A stretch of DNA of 64,000 nt. Origin: Glaucostegus cemiculus (Eukaryota). The number at the start of each line of letters is the position of its first letter. The stretch's first letter is position 1. The translations under genes were made by a program, and so were the position numbers. The notes beneath the pieces are model-generated. The model searched no databases. It was not told the DNA's origin and saw only the letters and a program-made list of their open reading frames with translations. Shown here in pieces: positions 1 to 11,300 of this stretch. The stretch covers positions 4,836,001-4,900,000 of the forward strand of contig CDPCPM010000114.1 of the NCBI GenBank assembly GCA_976551045.1. The letters are read 5' to 3'.

Positions 1-411
1 CTTATTCTTGAAATGGTGCTGAGAAACACAGTCACTTTAAAGTTGTGATTATAATTATACTTGCAACTTACAGGGAAGCTTACTGTAATGGTCAGAAACA
101 ACCTGCTCTGAATCTTATTCAGACTTCACCATATCAACTTAGAAATGTTTGCTTTACATAGCCACTAAATGTATTAAAGCATGATTTTATCTTCCAAGCA
201 CAATTTTCCACTTTGCATTTTTATTTTCTATAAATTGTACTTTGGATAGTCAAAGGAATGAAATAGCATGTCCCTGTAATATGCTCACAAACTAAAAGAA
301 GATGAATTCTTCTGTGTACCATCCTAATTTTAGCCAACACTGCTCTATTCATTGTAATATTTTTTCACAGGGATTCTGACTGAATCTAAATATAAATCGA
401 AGCACAAAAAA

Positions 412-680
412 GTCATATGTACCAAGAAAGTGTCAGATTTACATCATGTCTTTACTGGGTTATGACTTTAATTGGGGTGAAGGAGATTGTGTTGTTATAT
501 TTGAACTCACTAAACCCGGGTTACAGAAGAAGGGAAAAAGTTCAAACAGAGTTCCCACACTTGACAACCATTAACCCAGATGGACGTGCATCTGCAGACA
601 AGTGTGGCTATAATGGCTCATGGGGCTGAATAGCTGGCACTCAACGCAGGCTCGCACATGAAGAATGGGTCCTCAGACTC
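412..680 (+). mobile_element. Ancient tRNA-derived SINE, AmnSINE2-like
   Basis: gaatagctggcactcaacgcaggctcgcacatgaagaatgg and the head gtcatatgtaccaagaaag resemble the recalled AmnSINE2 consensus. Related copies lie at about 6.2, 12.5 and 45.2 kb. Confidence 0.6.
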
Positions 681-2124
681 CTCAGACGAGTTAATTTCGG
701 ATGGCCAACTGTCACAAAATCTGTAACCTCACATGGTTTGGGAGAGGAAGAAAAAACCAGAGCAGCACCCCTGCAGAATGTGTTTGAAGCTTCAAGCAAA
801 CAATACATCAATTGCAAAGAGCGAGATAAATGTGACTGAGAGATTTTGCCACACTTGTTAATTCTCCAGTCTCAGGATGAAAATTCCATGTATCAGAATT
901 TAAATATATTTTCCTGTCAACTATTCAACGGCAAACATCTAAGTCTGTCAAATTTTGTATGTGGACAGAAAGAAACCAGAAAATAAGAAAAGAATAATGA
1001 ATAACTATAAACCGAAGCATGCACAGAAAAGGAATGAAAGAGTTAATATCCAACTGAAAAAAAACTTGACATGCCCCCCTCCTCCCCCTCAACACCTGCT
1101 CACTGACAAGAGACTAGTACACTCAATTCTCCCTCACAATATCCCGCTTTGGATTTGTTTAAACCTCAACAATGGATTTTGTTCAGGCTTTAATAGTAGA
1201 CTGTGCTGTGGAGGATTAAACAATAAATGGACATTCAGTGCGTATGAATGCACAAACACATATGTACACAGAGACATGATTATTATACATGCACATTTTT
1301 GATCCAGGATGTCATTAGGAGAGGGGGATGATTAAATAAAATGATTCATTTATTTTACATAATTCAAGCAAAAATCCTCCAGATTTCCTTTTTGCCCTCT
1401 CTGCCTGCCACGAGCACACAGACTGTTTCACACTTACAATATGTGTTGACATTGTGCTCGTCTCAGTGTATAAGTTATCATTTTAAATGAGATGTTCTGC
1501 AAGAACGGCTGTATTTTTGAAGCTGTTATTTCAGCAGTGAAATGCATCAAAGCCTACTGTTGCCAAGAAGTGCAAGGACCCAGGAATCAACCTTTATTTA
1601 TATAAAAAGAACACTTGAATAAGAAAGAGTTACTTTTATTCCATCATTTGCATTTCTGATCATCCCAATGATTCCAGGAAAGAATAATTTATCAAAGAGA
1701 AGAAAATCCCGAAAAGATCCAAAACAACAATCTTTCAATGTTTCCTTTAAAGCATTCACAGCTTTCCGCAATATATTATCTTTTTCCAGAGTCTCTGGAA
1801 GCAGTTATTATGTAACCCTTTCAATACCTGAGGGTGCCTGTAACTCACAGCATACAGATCCGCTTCCTATTTCTCTACATTTTAAAAGATATCGCTCAGA
1901 CTGCCACACAAACATCTTGAATGAGATAGCAAGCAAGCTGCAGAACTGCGATATCTGACCTGCATAACAGTGGAGCGATCAGAATTCTCTCAGATCTTAA
2001 GCCTGTGATTATTATGTTAAAAAGAGCCAAAGAAATAAATTGTCTCAGAGGGCTGGAAAAAGCAACAGGGTGTTAATGAGCCACTGTTTGTACTTCGTTC
2101 CACATAATTAGTTGCATTTCCTAC

Positions 2125-2279
2125 CTGAGGATAGCCGTGTTTCCCTGCCTGATGGTGATGTTGTCCGTCCCCCTGGAGAAGTCCACGCTTCTAACCGGCA
2201 GTCCTGTTGGAAGAAGGCAGAGAAATCTCAGAAGGATTGCGGGTAGTGGGCGCTGATAAAAAGGACCCCGAGATACCAT
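2125..2279 (-). CDS. LSAMP: LSAMP (limbic system-associated membrane protein, IgLON family) exon 1b coding part: signal peptide and start of Ig domain 1
   Basis: Manual translation from ATG at 2279 gives [51 protein letters not shown](R), followed by a phase-2 donor CTCAG|gtagga at 2125/2124. It matches the recalled human LSAMP segment [37 protein letters not shown] at 33/37 residues. Length is 155 nt and the NIT sequon is retained. Exon 2 is not in the window. Confidence 0.95.
2203..2230 (-). other. LSAMP: Internal 3' splice acceptor inside exon 1b, putatively used by upstream exon-1a transcripts
   Basis: Minus strand reads tgagatttctctgccttcttccaacag|GACTGCCGG: a pyrimidine tract plus CAG (AG at 2205-2204) directly before G-L-P-V-R-S. 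Mammalian 1a isoforms join at this G|LPVRS position (recalled). Confidence 0.75.
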
Positions 2280-2620
2280 TGTCAGGGCAGGACGAGCAGG
2301 CCAGATTAAAAAGAAAAAGCTCTCCCAAACACTCTGGCAACACTAAAGCTGTCTTCACTAATAGCAAGCTTTGCAATTCCAAGCACCAGCTGAGTTCCCA
2401 CTAATCTGACAGCAGAGGCATCACTTGTAAGAGATATGTGAAGCGATGCTCTGAGCGTGAATTGACTGCTTTCCTCCTCACGCTTCTTTACTTCACCTCC
2501 CCCCCCAACAAACCCCCCTCCCCAACCCCCGCCCCCCTTCCACCACCGCCACCACCACTGCCACCCTTTTGGCAGCAAGCTTGATGAAGGTCTGATACCA
2601 CTCCATCACCATGGCAACAG
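2280..2620 (-). promoter_or_regulatory. Putative LSAMP 1b 5'UTR and proximal promoter, with GC box, G-rich tract and RFX X-box-like site
   Basis: Lies directly upstream of the ATG. There is a C-rich plus-strand tract at about 2495-2566 containing CCCCGCCCC, locally more CpG, and ATCACCATGGCAAC at 2605-2618. The TSS cannot be located from sequence. Confidence 0.6.
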
Positions 2621-3704
2621 CTCCATCTGAGGCAACTCGACCCAGACAACAGAATTGTGCTTTGAGGCAGAAACTTACCACGCTGCTAAAGTGAGGAATA
2701 AAGTTAAATCCCTTTTTTTGGCAAAAGTAGTATATTTTGCAAATCAAGCTTGCAAAACACGAAGTGTTCAGCACTGGATGACTGATGCTGACAAGATCTA
2801 GCAGTAATTATCTGTGACACTTCATTCTTGCAATGAAAAATCTGACTATAACACCTAATAATATTATCTGAATGCAGTCATTGTATACTGCAGTCAGGAA
2901 GTGAAAAGTGATTAAAGCACAAAATTAAAGATAAGTTATTTTAATCAACACAAGTGTCCATTTCATAACAGTGCATTTGGACAAAAGCACAAAACACATT
3001 GGTAAACACTTGCATTTAAATGTTTGTGCTCGGGGCTTCATTGTAGACTGAGTTCCTTGAGCATGTAGATGAGATCTATAAAGGCAGCCCAGATGAAACT
3101 TTGGAGGAGTTAAGAGTACATTGACCAAGTGGGTGCCATTAAATATCTGCTGAAATATTAACACTTACTGATGCAGTGATTGGTTCTACCTGACTTTTGG
3201 GGCCCTAATCAACAGTACCCACAGAGTGCTTACTGCAACCAGTCTAGATATCCTGAAGGTGGGTCCAATTTGGGCCTTAGCCGGATTTTAATAATTTCAG
3301 CCATCTGGCAGCAGCCATATTTTCTCCAAAAACACTTGCTCTTTTTCAAGCATTTGAGACTTGGGCAAATTGCCTTGTTGAATAAAACCCTCAGATTGGT
3401 CCGAAAGGAAGTGGGTGGAGGCTGATCAGTGATTAACTATGACCTTTGATTGAGCTTTTGGAGTTTGGAGCTGTATCTTTCATGAATCTCCTTCGGTAAT
3501 TTGTATCCACATTAAAAAAAGACAAATGGTGCAAGCCTGACATTTGCTCCATTTGGCAACAAATTCCTTGGGTGACATAAATCAATGTTTGGTCTTTCAT
3601 TAGCAAGGAGCCAAATGGTCACTCCAGTTTTACTGTATCAAAGGCGTCCTACCACCCCCAACCTCCCTGCAGTTCAACAAGTTTCTTTGGTCTCCTTTAC
3701 CAAG

Positions 3705-3800
3705 GTTTGGTGAAGGGTTTTGGACCTGAAAGGTTAGCTCCATTTCTCCTTCCACAGATGCAGCCTGACCTGCTGATTTTTCCTGCATTTTCTCTTTTTA
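3705..3800 (+). mobile_element. Penelope-like element terminal (pLTR) fragment
   Basis: tgaagggttttggacctgaaa...tccacagatgcagcctgacctgctga; the downstream part matches the end of the PLE at about 25.9 kb. Confidence 0.6.
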
Positions 3801-3911
3801 TGTAACCAAACTAATAGGACTAGGGCTGGCCCCATTTCCAGGCCAAACAAAACATGCATGAATTTTAGGTTCCTGACATGATAAAAACAATATATAAACA
3901 AGGTATCTGAT

Positions 3912-4315
3912 ACAGCTCAGTGATAGTACTTTCTGAAGACTATGCACCTCAAATCTCACTCCATAAACTAACTTCATTAATGCAGAATCTAAATTGACAT
4001 CTCAACATAATACTGATGAAATTCTGGAGAAGGTGCAGTCTTTCATGTGAGCTAGTAAACCAAAGCAGTTTCTCCTCTCTGAAGTGGATACAAAAATCTA
4101 CTGGGTTCAGTTGAAGCAAAGCAAGGAGAGAGATTTTGCCTTGACTATCATCACGAGAACCGGATTTGCAACAATTTATCCTGTTGCTGTTTGTGAAACC
4201 TTGCTGTGCACATCTTGCTCTCTTTCATAATCCCAACTTCACAGGTAGTATATTTGTTCAAAATCAGCTTAAGATATTGAACAATCATGAAAAGAGCTTT
4301 GTAACAAGTTATTTT
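3912..4315 (+). mobile_element. Degraded DeuSINE (SacSINE1/AmnSINE1-type Deu domain)
   Basis: tRNA-like head (gctcagtgatagtact), Deu-like core aggtgcagtctttcatgtgagctagtaaaccaaag...gaagcaaagcaaggagag, and ttgctgtttgtgaaaccttgctgtgcaca, collinear with the recalled consensus. Confidence 0.6.
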
Positions 4316-6149
4316 TTTTAAATTGAAGTCCATAGCTTTAAACAGAAACTTAAAGACATTTCAAAATAGTTTTTCCTCACAAGTTCAATATGACTGCAAG
4401 TACTTTCTTATCTTGAAATTGGTTATGTATTATATTCTGGCTCATTAATTGCTCACAAAGTAAATACACTACTTTAAGAACACAAGTTAATTTATCTGTT
4501 TTTCCTATTGTTGGTCAATTTGCACTGAGGTAGGAAGGCAAATTGTATGCAGCTCTTGTTGCTGAAGGATGGAAGGGGTGTGATGAATAACTTGATTCAA
4601 TACCCCTGTAGTGAAATCCTTGTTCTTTCCCCTTTGTGTCTTTATGATGTCAAAAGTCACTGGGTCAATCACATCCACCATTCTTTGACATACTGCTGTT
4701 AGAACTCCACTGAGCTATCCTTTATCTAGTTTAATTTTATTATTTCTTCTTTCGTTTTGATCCTAGATCTACCAAATAGGTGGGTTCCACCATAAATAGA
4801 AATTGATCGGTTTACTGCACAACCTGTTCCTTCCTGTCATCCCATTAGTTCTTTCTGCTTTCCTTCAACTGGAGTATTCTTTGTATTACAAAGTAGTTAT
4901 CGACAGTACCCTGTGAGGTGGGGCAGGACCTGTGGTTTGGTGCAGACAATCTATTATGTAGCAAACAAAGTCAATTTATTCAGGAAACAATGACCATTTT
5001 AAGAGCAAAGAAAATAGAAATTACAGTAAGTACCCACATTAGAGACAGGGCCACTTTTTTTCAGAAAAATGCAGTGAGTGGAGAATAGTTATATATAAAT
5101 TATGCACATAATATCGTTACTTGCAGCAGTGTGGATACTAAGCTTGATTGGATAATAACTCAATCACTTCTGTAATGCCAATGTTAGCATTGTCACTACG
5201 TACAGCCTTTCTTCAAAGACAGTTCAGGACTGGGAATTACATGGAGACACCATGTAGCAATGAAAGAAGTGGAGAAGATTTAATATATAAATCTAAAATA
5301 TAAGCCAGGGGAAATATTTAATATTGCAAAACTGATTCTGCAGCATTAGAGTGTAAAGTCACGGTGAGGGGTTCAAATGTTGACTGTGACTTGATCAGAA
5401 GAAGAGTTAGCAGTTATTAATCAGTCTGTGCTGGTAAAGTGCAACAACTCATTAAAACAAAGCAACCATCCAAGAAAGGAGAAGCTAATTCCATCCATCA
5501 CATTCTGCAACAACAACTTCTTTGAGCATAGAATGAAGCTCACCAGTGGCAGCTGTCCAGGGATCAATGGCCTCCACTATTTCCCTTTCTAGCTACAGGA
5601 ACAAGAAGCATGATGAGCAGTGGGGGCAGGGGACAAATCAGGACTAAACTGTAGGAAACGTACATTAAAAAGTACATCAGCAGCTTCTTTTCTAAATAAC
5701 TTTGTTCTCACCAGTTTAACGTTACAATGATTTCTGCCTTTAGGCATTGCTTGCATAAACTGCATTTACATCATCTGATTCCAGTACGTTTCCAAATTGA
5801 ACATCAGTAACTCCCACTGCTGCACACTTTTAAACAAGTACTGCAACCAAACATATCTAGGTTGTGTGGAAAAGGTTTCTCATGTAAACAAGCTAGTAAT
5901 CAGCTGTATCTGATATGGCAGCACACTGGAAAAGTACAATAATATGCTTTCTTTGCACAGAATAAACAATGAGAATTCACTATAATCTACATTTCACTCC
6001 CTGACTAATTCAAAAACAGAATTAATGTAAGGACTGGTATTCCAATATGGTGCTAAATTTCATGTGCCAATTTTTTTAAACTATTATCCTATTTTTCTTT
6101 TTTGAAAACCAATACCTTGTGGAGAATTCTTCCTTTGACACTGGCAGTG

Positions 6150-6400
6150 TTTTGGTATCATACTCAAATTCATATGCAAGTCTGCACAGTGTGTTTTTGC
6201 AAGCTGTTCAACTGTGAAGAGGTCACAGTTTAATCTCATACCACTCCATGGCCTTATTTGCATGTGCTCCAGAGAGATAAAGAAATAGCAATTAGGAGCA
6301 CCACCTGAATGTTTTTGTTTCCCTCTCCATGGCCAGAGATGTTGATGCTCATTGAAGCATCTATCTGATATGAATTTCCTTGGACCAGGTGTTAAACCTC
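6150..6400 (-). mobile_element. AmnSINE2-like SINE fragment
   Basis: Reverse complement ctgtgacctcttcacagttgaacagcttgcaaaaacacactgtgcagacttgcatatgaa aligns by eye with the 412-680 copy and the recalled consensus. Confidence 0.5.
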
Positions 6401-6489
6401 AGCTGCCTGGTCCATGTGGGTTGAAAGGCATTTTTGGGTAGTTCATTGAGGAACCAGATTAGCCATCATGAATCTAATCTCTCAGATAA

Positions 6490-6755
6490 GACTACTGAAT
6501 GATTCCCTTATACAATGAGATGGACTATGACTTCACGAACTACCTTGTTGTGACCTTGCACCTTATTGCACTGCACTTTCCTTGTAGTTGTGACACTTTA
6601 CTCTGTACTGTTATTGTTTTTACCTGTACTACATCAATGCACTCTGTACTAACTCAAAGTAACTGCACTGTGTAATGAACTGTATGACCAGTATGCAAGA
6701 CAAGTTTTTCACTGCACCTCGGTACAAGTGACAATAATAAACCAATACCAATACT
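6490..6755 (+). mobile_element. Rex1/Babar-type LINE 3' end (5'-truncated)
   Basis: T-rich 3'UTR ending tttttcactgcacctcggtacaagtgacaataataaa plus (CCAATA)n. The terminus architecture parallels the Rex1 copy at 36.6 kb. Confidence 0.6.
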
Positions 6756-8529
6756 ATCTCAATGAGCCCTGGATTTCAACAGATACTAGTTTTAAAGCAG
6801 TTTGAAGAGAAAGAAAAATTGTCACACATAGTCATGGTTGGAATTGCTGCCCAATTCCTGCCCCTCTCTTGTCAGTGGCACAGCCATTTTTGTTAATGAA
6901 GAAAATTGCTTTTTTTGGCAGGTTCTTCTGTTATGGTAGCTGTCTTTATGCCATGGTTGCTCTAGCAAACCTAGACAAACAACAAGTTAATGCTATCCTG
7001 AGTATTTTCTGTTCCAAAGAGTTAAGGAGACCATATATGGCAACAATGCAAAAATAATTGTGATACTTTCAAAAGAGTGGCAGAGGGCAATTAGGTTCTG
7101 ACTCAACTTGTTTCTGCTCAAAAGGCAAATTATTATGTGCTAAACTCTTTATATGTGTTCTGTTATGAGAGAATTAAAATTCCAGCAACAATATTTTAAT
7201 CATACAGCTTCATGAAAGATAGTATTCCTCTAAATGAAAGCTGGCCCAATAAAAGCTAACTGCTGTGGAGATTGAGTGTGCATGTGCAAAGGGTCAACAT
7301 TGCTGCATGCAGTGACACAGTTAATAAAACATACCTGAAGTAGGGGCTCCCTAAATTATGCTATGTAGAAGTAAATCAGGTATTTATATTGAAAGGAAGA
7401 GAAAAGCTGATCCCACTCACACATGCTTCCAACTGTTGGGTTACCTGACAGTCTAATCTTTTGATTAATTTACGACTAGTCTGATAGAAAGTAGCACTAC
7501 AAGCATAAACCATAGTTCTCAGACTCTGATGAAAACAATTGGGAACGTGATCCAAGATAAATGGCCTAAATCAGGAATGCTTATTTCTCATTTATGAGTA
7601 CCACCTAACATCTTGAGTTTCAATGTGTGCAACATAGTGACCTATTTCTTAAATCCAAGCCTTTTATAAAGGAAATGATTCTTGTATTACACCTGATCTT
7701 GTGCTGGATTTTTGGCCTTAGTGTGATTTCTTAGAAACCAATCTCATACAAAGTATGATGTAAAATGAATGAATGTATTTTGGTGAGCTGTTAGCGAGAT
7801 GGCTCTGTGAATGGTCTAATATTAGGGACATATATCAGCTCTAGTACAAAAGCAGCTATAACAAAGGCCTGCTGAAAGTTAATGGTCTCCTGTACAACCA
7901 CTCACATTTTAATGTGAACAGCGGCATGTCTGCAGCCCAAATCACACCAGTCAATCAAGAGAAACAGAGAGGATAAAATTCAAATACTTGAAGTGAAGTA
8001 TCAACTAATGATCTTTGCTTTTCTTAACTGCAAAGAAGCAAAGACATAAATTTCTCATGCCTTTTGTCTAAAAGGTAACTAAAGATTTGAAACTCCCTAA
8101 CACAATTATGATATCTAAGCTAGTTAAAATGCACTTGTTGATTCCTTTTCTGTGATTGTCTCAAATTTTCATCATGGAGTTAAAAATTCAAGGATGGGAG
8201 GAATTCAGGAAGTCTGGAATATGTCCAATTTTGGTTTTGCAAATTAACTTTGTTTTGGTAGTACACTGTGTCAGATTTAGACTCTGTACTGTTGCAATAA
8301 GAATGCAAAAAAAATGATGAACACCCCTCCCTAAAGAGCACTCTTATTGCATTGAACCAGGGTCCAAAGCATTGCTGGTCCCGCTAAACTTTATCAATCA
8401 TTGTTGGCCTTTACTCAATCATTCCTGGTGAGCTACTTTACACACTATTTCAAAGATATAATATTACTTAAATAACAGTGTTTTCTCCCAGTTATATCTT
8501 TGGTAGAATTCGTGGTTGACACAGAGTCA

Positions 8530-8890
8530 CTCGAGTATCTTGAAGTCTAATTTGAAGATTCTCATCCTGTTTGGCGATTTCTCCCCAGTCTTGCCCTTCC
8601 ACAACTTTGTAATCTGCTGCACTTCACGTATTCTCCACTCTCCACTGCTTTTAATGTCTAGGATATCCCCAATTTTAAACACTCTATCACAGCTAATCTT
8701 AACTTTAGCTGCATTAGCCTGACGCTCTGGAATTCCCTGGAAAATCTTTGCCCCTCCTTCTCTACTTCTTTATATTGATCCTCAACAACCCACTTTTTTG
8801 ACTAAGGTTTTGGTTATTTGATCCAAAATACAGCCTCTTATCAAGTTTAATTATGTCATTTTATTTTGCTTTGGATTCACCTCGGGGTGT
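8530..8890 (+). mobile_element. L2-clade LINE 3' fragment
   Basis: tttgaagattctcatcctg...ctctggaattccct...ttttttgactaaggttttggtta, typical of an L2 ORF2 C-terminus and 3'UTR. Confidence 0.5.
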
Positions 8891-9194
8891 CCCAATTGTC
8901 AGCAGCTCAACATAAAAGTTAAAGTGAGGCCCGAGTCCCAATACACATCATGTCTTGCATCTACAAGTGCCAGCAAAATGATTAATCCCTTTGCCCAGTC
9001 CAAACCACCTCGCTGATGTAAGCCATTTTTTGCATAACTTGATGAGTCATGAAATGCTTTTGTTATGAAGAAAAGTAATAACAATGCCAAAGTTTCAATC
9101 GTTCACTACTAATCATACACTAAATACCAAAGGCATGAAATTTCATGGAAATGATAATTTTTCAGGCTTTTCAAAAACAAAAACAAAATTCTGG

Positions 9195-9545
9195 ATCCAG
9201 GTATTGCTAGTGAGGTCAGCATTTATTGCCCACCCCTAAATGCCCCTGAGAAGGTCATGGAATCATTCATTCTTTGATTCATTGAGTCAAAGAGTTACAC
9301 AGCACAAAAAGATGCTCTTCGGCCCACTGCATCAACCACAGTAGTCCTACTAAAACCCAGTTTTATTTTCTGCACGTTCCCATCAAGATGATGGTGACCC
9401 ACCTTGTTAAACTGCAGCAGTGCTTCTGGTGCAGATACTCCCTACAGTTATATTGGGTAGGGAGTTCCAAGATTTAGATTAGTAACCATGACAAAACAGC
9501 AATAAATTTGCAAGTCAGAATTATGTGCAGCTTGGAATGAAACTC
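9195..9545 (-). mobile_element. LINE 3' fragment (same family as 13.2-15.4 kb) interrupted by a CR1 tail at about 9280-9385
   Basis: gcatttattgcccacccctaaatgcccctgagaagg...gggagttccaagatttaga matches 13230-13360. The insert agagttacacagcacaaaaagatgctcttcggccc is a CR1-type terminus. Confidence 0.55.
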
Positions 9546-10904
9546 GTCAGCCCGGTCCTTCTTTGTTCCATTTGGAATCAACACAATTTGCACCAATTTG
9601 ATTCCCACACCACTGTTTTTCTTTTGCAAACAAGTCCAAAAGATCTCAAAGTCAGAGGCTGAACGTAAAATTTTTGAAGGCCAGCCCTGCAAACTGCATT
9701 CACTCATGGATAAGTTAACATCATAATTAAATCACTATGGCCATAAAACATTGGACAGCTTGGCATAGGAACTTGGCTTCCCCTTCCAGCTGATGGACGA
9801 AGCAGTTGATGTGTAACAGGCTTTTCAAAACTTTAATGTAGATCACCCAAGATCATTTCTATCATTGTTTTTCTGACCTCCAGTGGAGATACTTTGGAAA
9901 CCAGTAAGAAATATTTCGGGGAGGGAAAGATCTTTAATACAGTTTTTTAAAATCACTGATTGATTGCAATATTTCAATTTTGTAACTTATTTAATGTTTC
10001 ATTTTGAAGCCTTGTTAAACTTGGCTTAAAATGTATAGAAAAGATCTCAAGGAAATGAGACTGCAAATGAAGAAAATAGACGCATACAAAAATGAATTAT
10101 ACCTTTGAACAAAAGGAAACTTGAAATCAAAAAATGGTTGCTTTGATGTTGGTTCTTCCAAATAATTAAAACCATGAATGAAACTTTGTTTAGACCATGT
10201 TTCTTTTTCAAATAAGCTGCAATATCATTCCTCATCTCAGTGAAAGTACCTGAATTATGATTTCCCTAACAACAGAAAACAAAATCCATCAAGTTTAATC
10301 TACTAAATCTGTCAAGAGCACTGACCGGGTTTTCTAATAAGGGCTACTGAGGCTTCAATGGAAAAATTACACTTGGGAATGAAATTCATTTTGGGCTTTT
10401 GTGAATCAGCAGACTATTCAACACTTTTCCAGATGTTTGTAAATCAGAAAGGGTAAACAAGCTATCAAGCTGCTAATGTTCATTTTGAGCTGCTGCCCAA
10501 GATATTTTTGCCTCCATGAGAATTACAAATAGGGTTCACCCTGAATGTTAGTAAACAAGTCCCACATGCAGCATGGCTGAGCTATGCTTGGACAATGAGT
10601 TTTCTAGACATTACAGATGTTTCACAAACACTGATTTGTGACTTCCCTTCAAAGAAACCCTGGATTCAATCATTAGATTAATTCTTCATCATCCTTCTCC
10701 CTTTCATTGGTACATTGTACTGCTCAAAAACACTATGAATTCAGACATTCAATCTGAATTATTTCCTTAAAACATTTATTTTGCAATGCTTTACATCAAT
10801 TCTTTAAACTTCTTCATTGGTCTGCATCTGTTCCTTTTGTTCTTTAATCACAGATTTTACAATGAACCAAATGACATCCATTTCAATATCCTACTGGGGA
10901 ATTC

Positions 10905-11300
10905 ATAGTGCTGTCTTAGCACAGTGGCCTTTTACTTCTGGGGCTTGTATTTAATTCAGCCTGCAGTGTTAATATTAAAGAATCACAGTTCTGGAGTTTG
11001 CAGAGATCATACATAAAATTAATTTGGTTAGTCTCAACCTAGTAACATACATGGATCCACAGAGAAAACTGTTCCTACTTTGGCATTAAATTGCAAATGT
11101 CAGTCAGAAACTAAAAATATCACATTTGGGGACCCTCTTCAGAGACTGGATGACTGCGGTGGAGTGTGCTTTTCTTAGCCCCTGTCAGTACATTACCAAA
11201 CCCAAGGGTGCTTAATGTGAAATGGTTGGGTCTGCAAGATGGAAAAATGCCTCCTTCCTCTTCCATTGAGCATTAACTTTCACCAGAGTGAATGAAAAGA
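10905..11300 (+). mobile_element. LF-SINE-like ancient SINE
   Basis: cacagtggccttttacttctggggcttg...ttcagcc, then catacataaaattaatttggttagtctcaacctagt...tggatccacagagaaaac...tttggcattaaattg, collinear with the recalled LF-SINE 5' half. The 3' boundary is uncertain. Confidence 0.6.

Noticed and set aside
2191-2774. Overlapping ORF-track entries around the promoter
   Set aside because: They are wrong-frame or low-complexity G/C-run translations. The real coding frame is 2279-2125.
2767-2787. REST/RE1 site near the promoter (TTCAGCACT; also TTCAGCACC at about 60770)
   Set aside because: Only the left half-site is present, with no GGACAG right half at a valid spacing.
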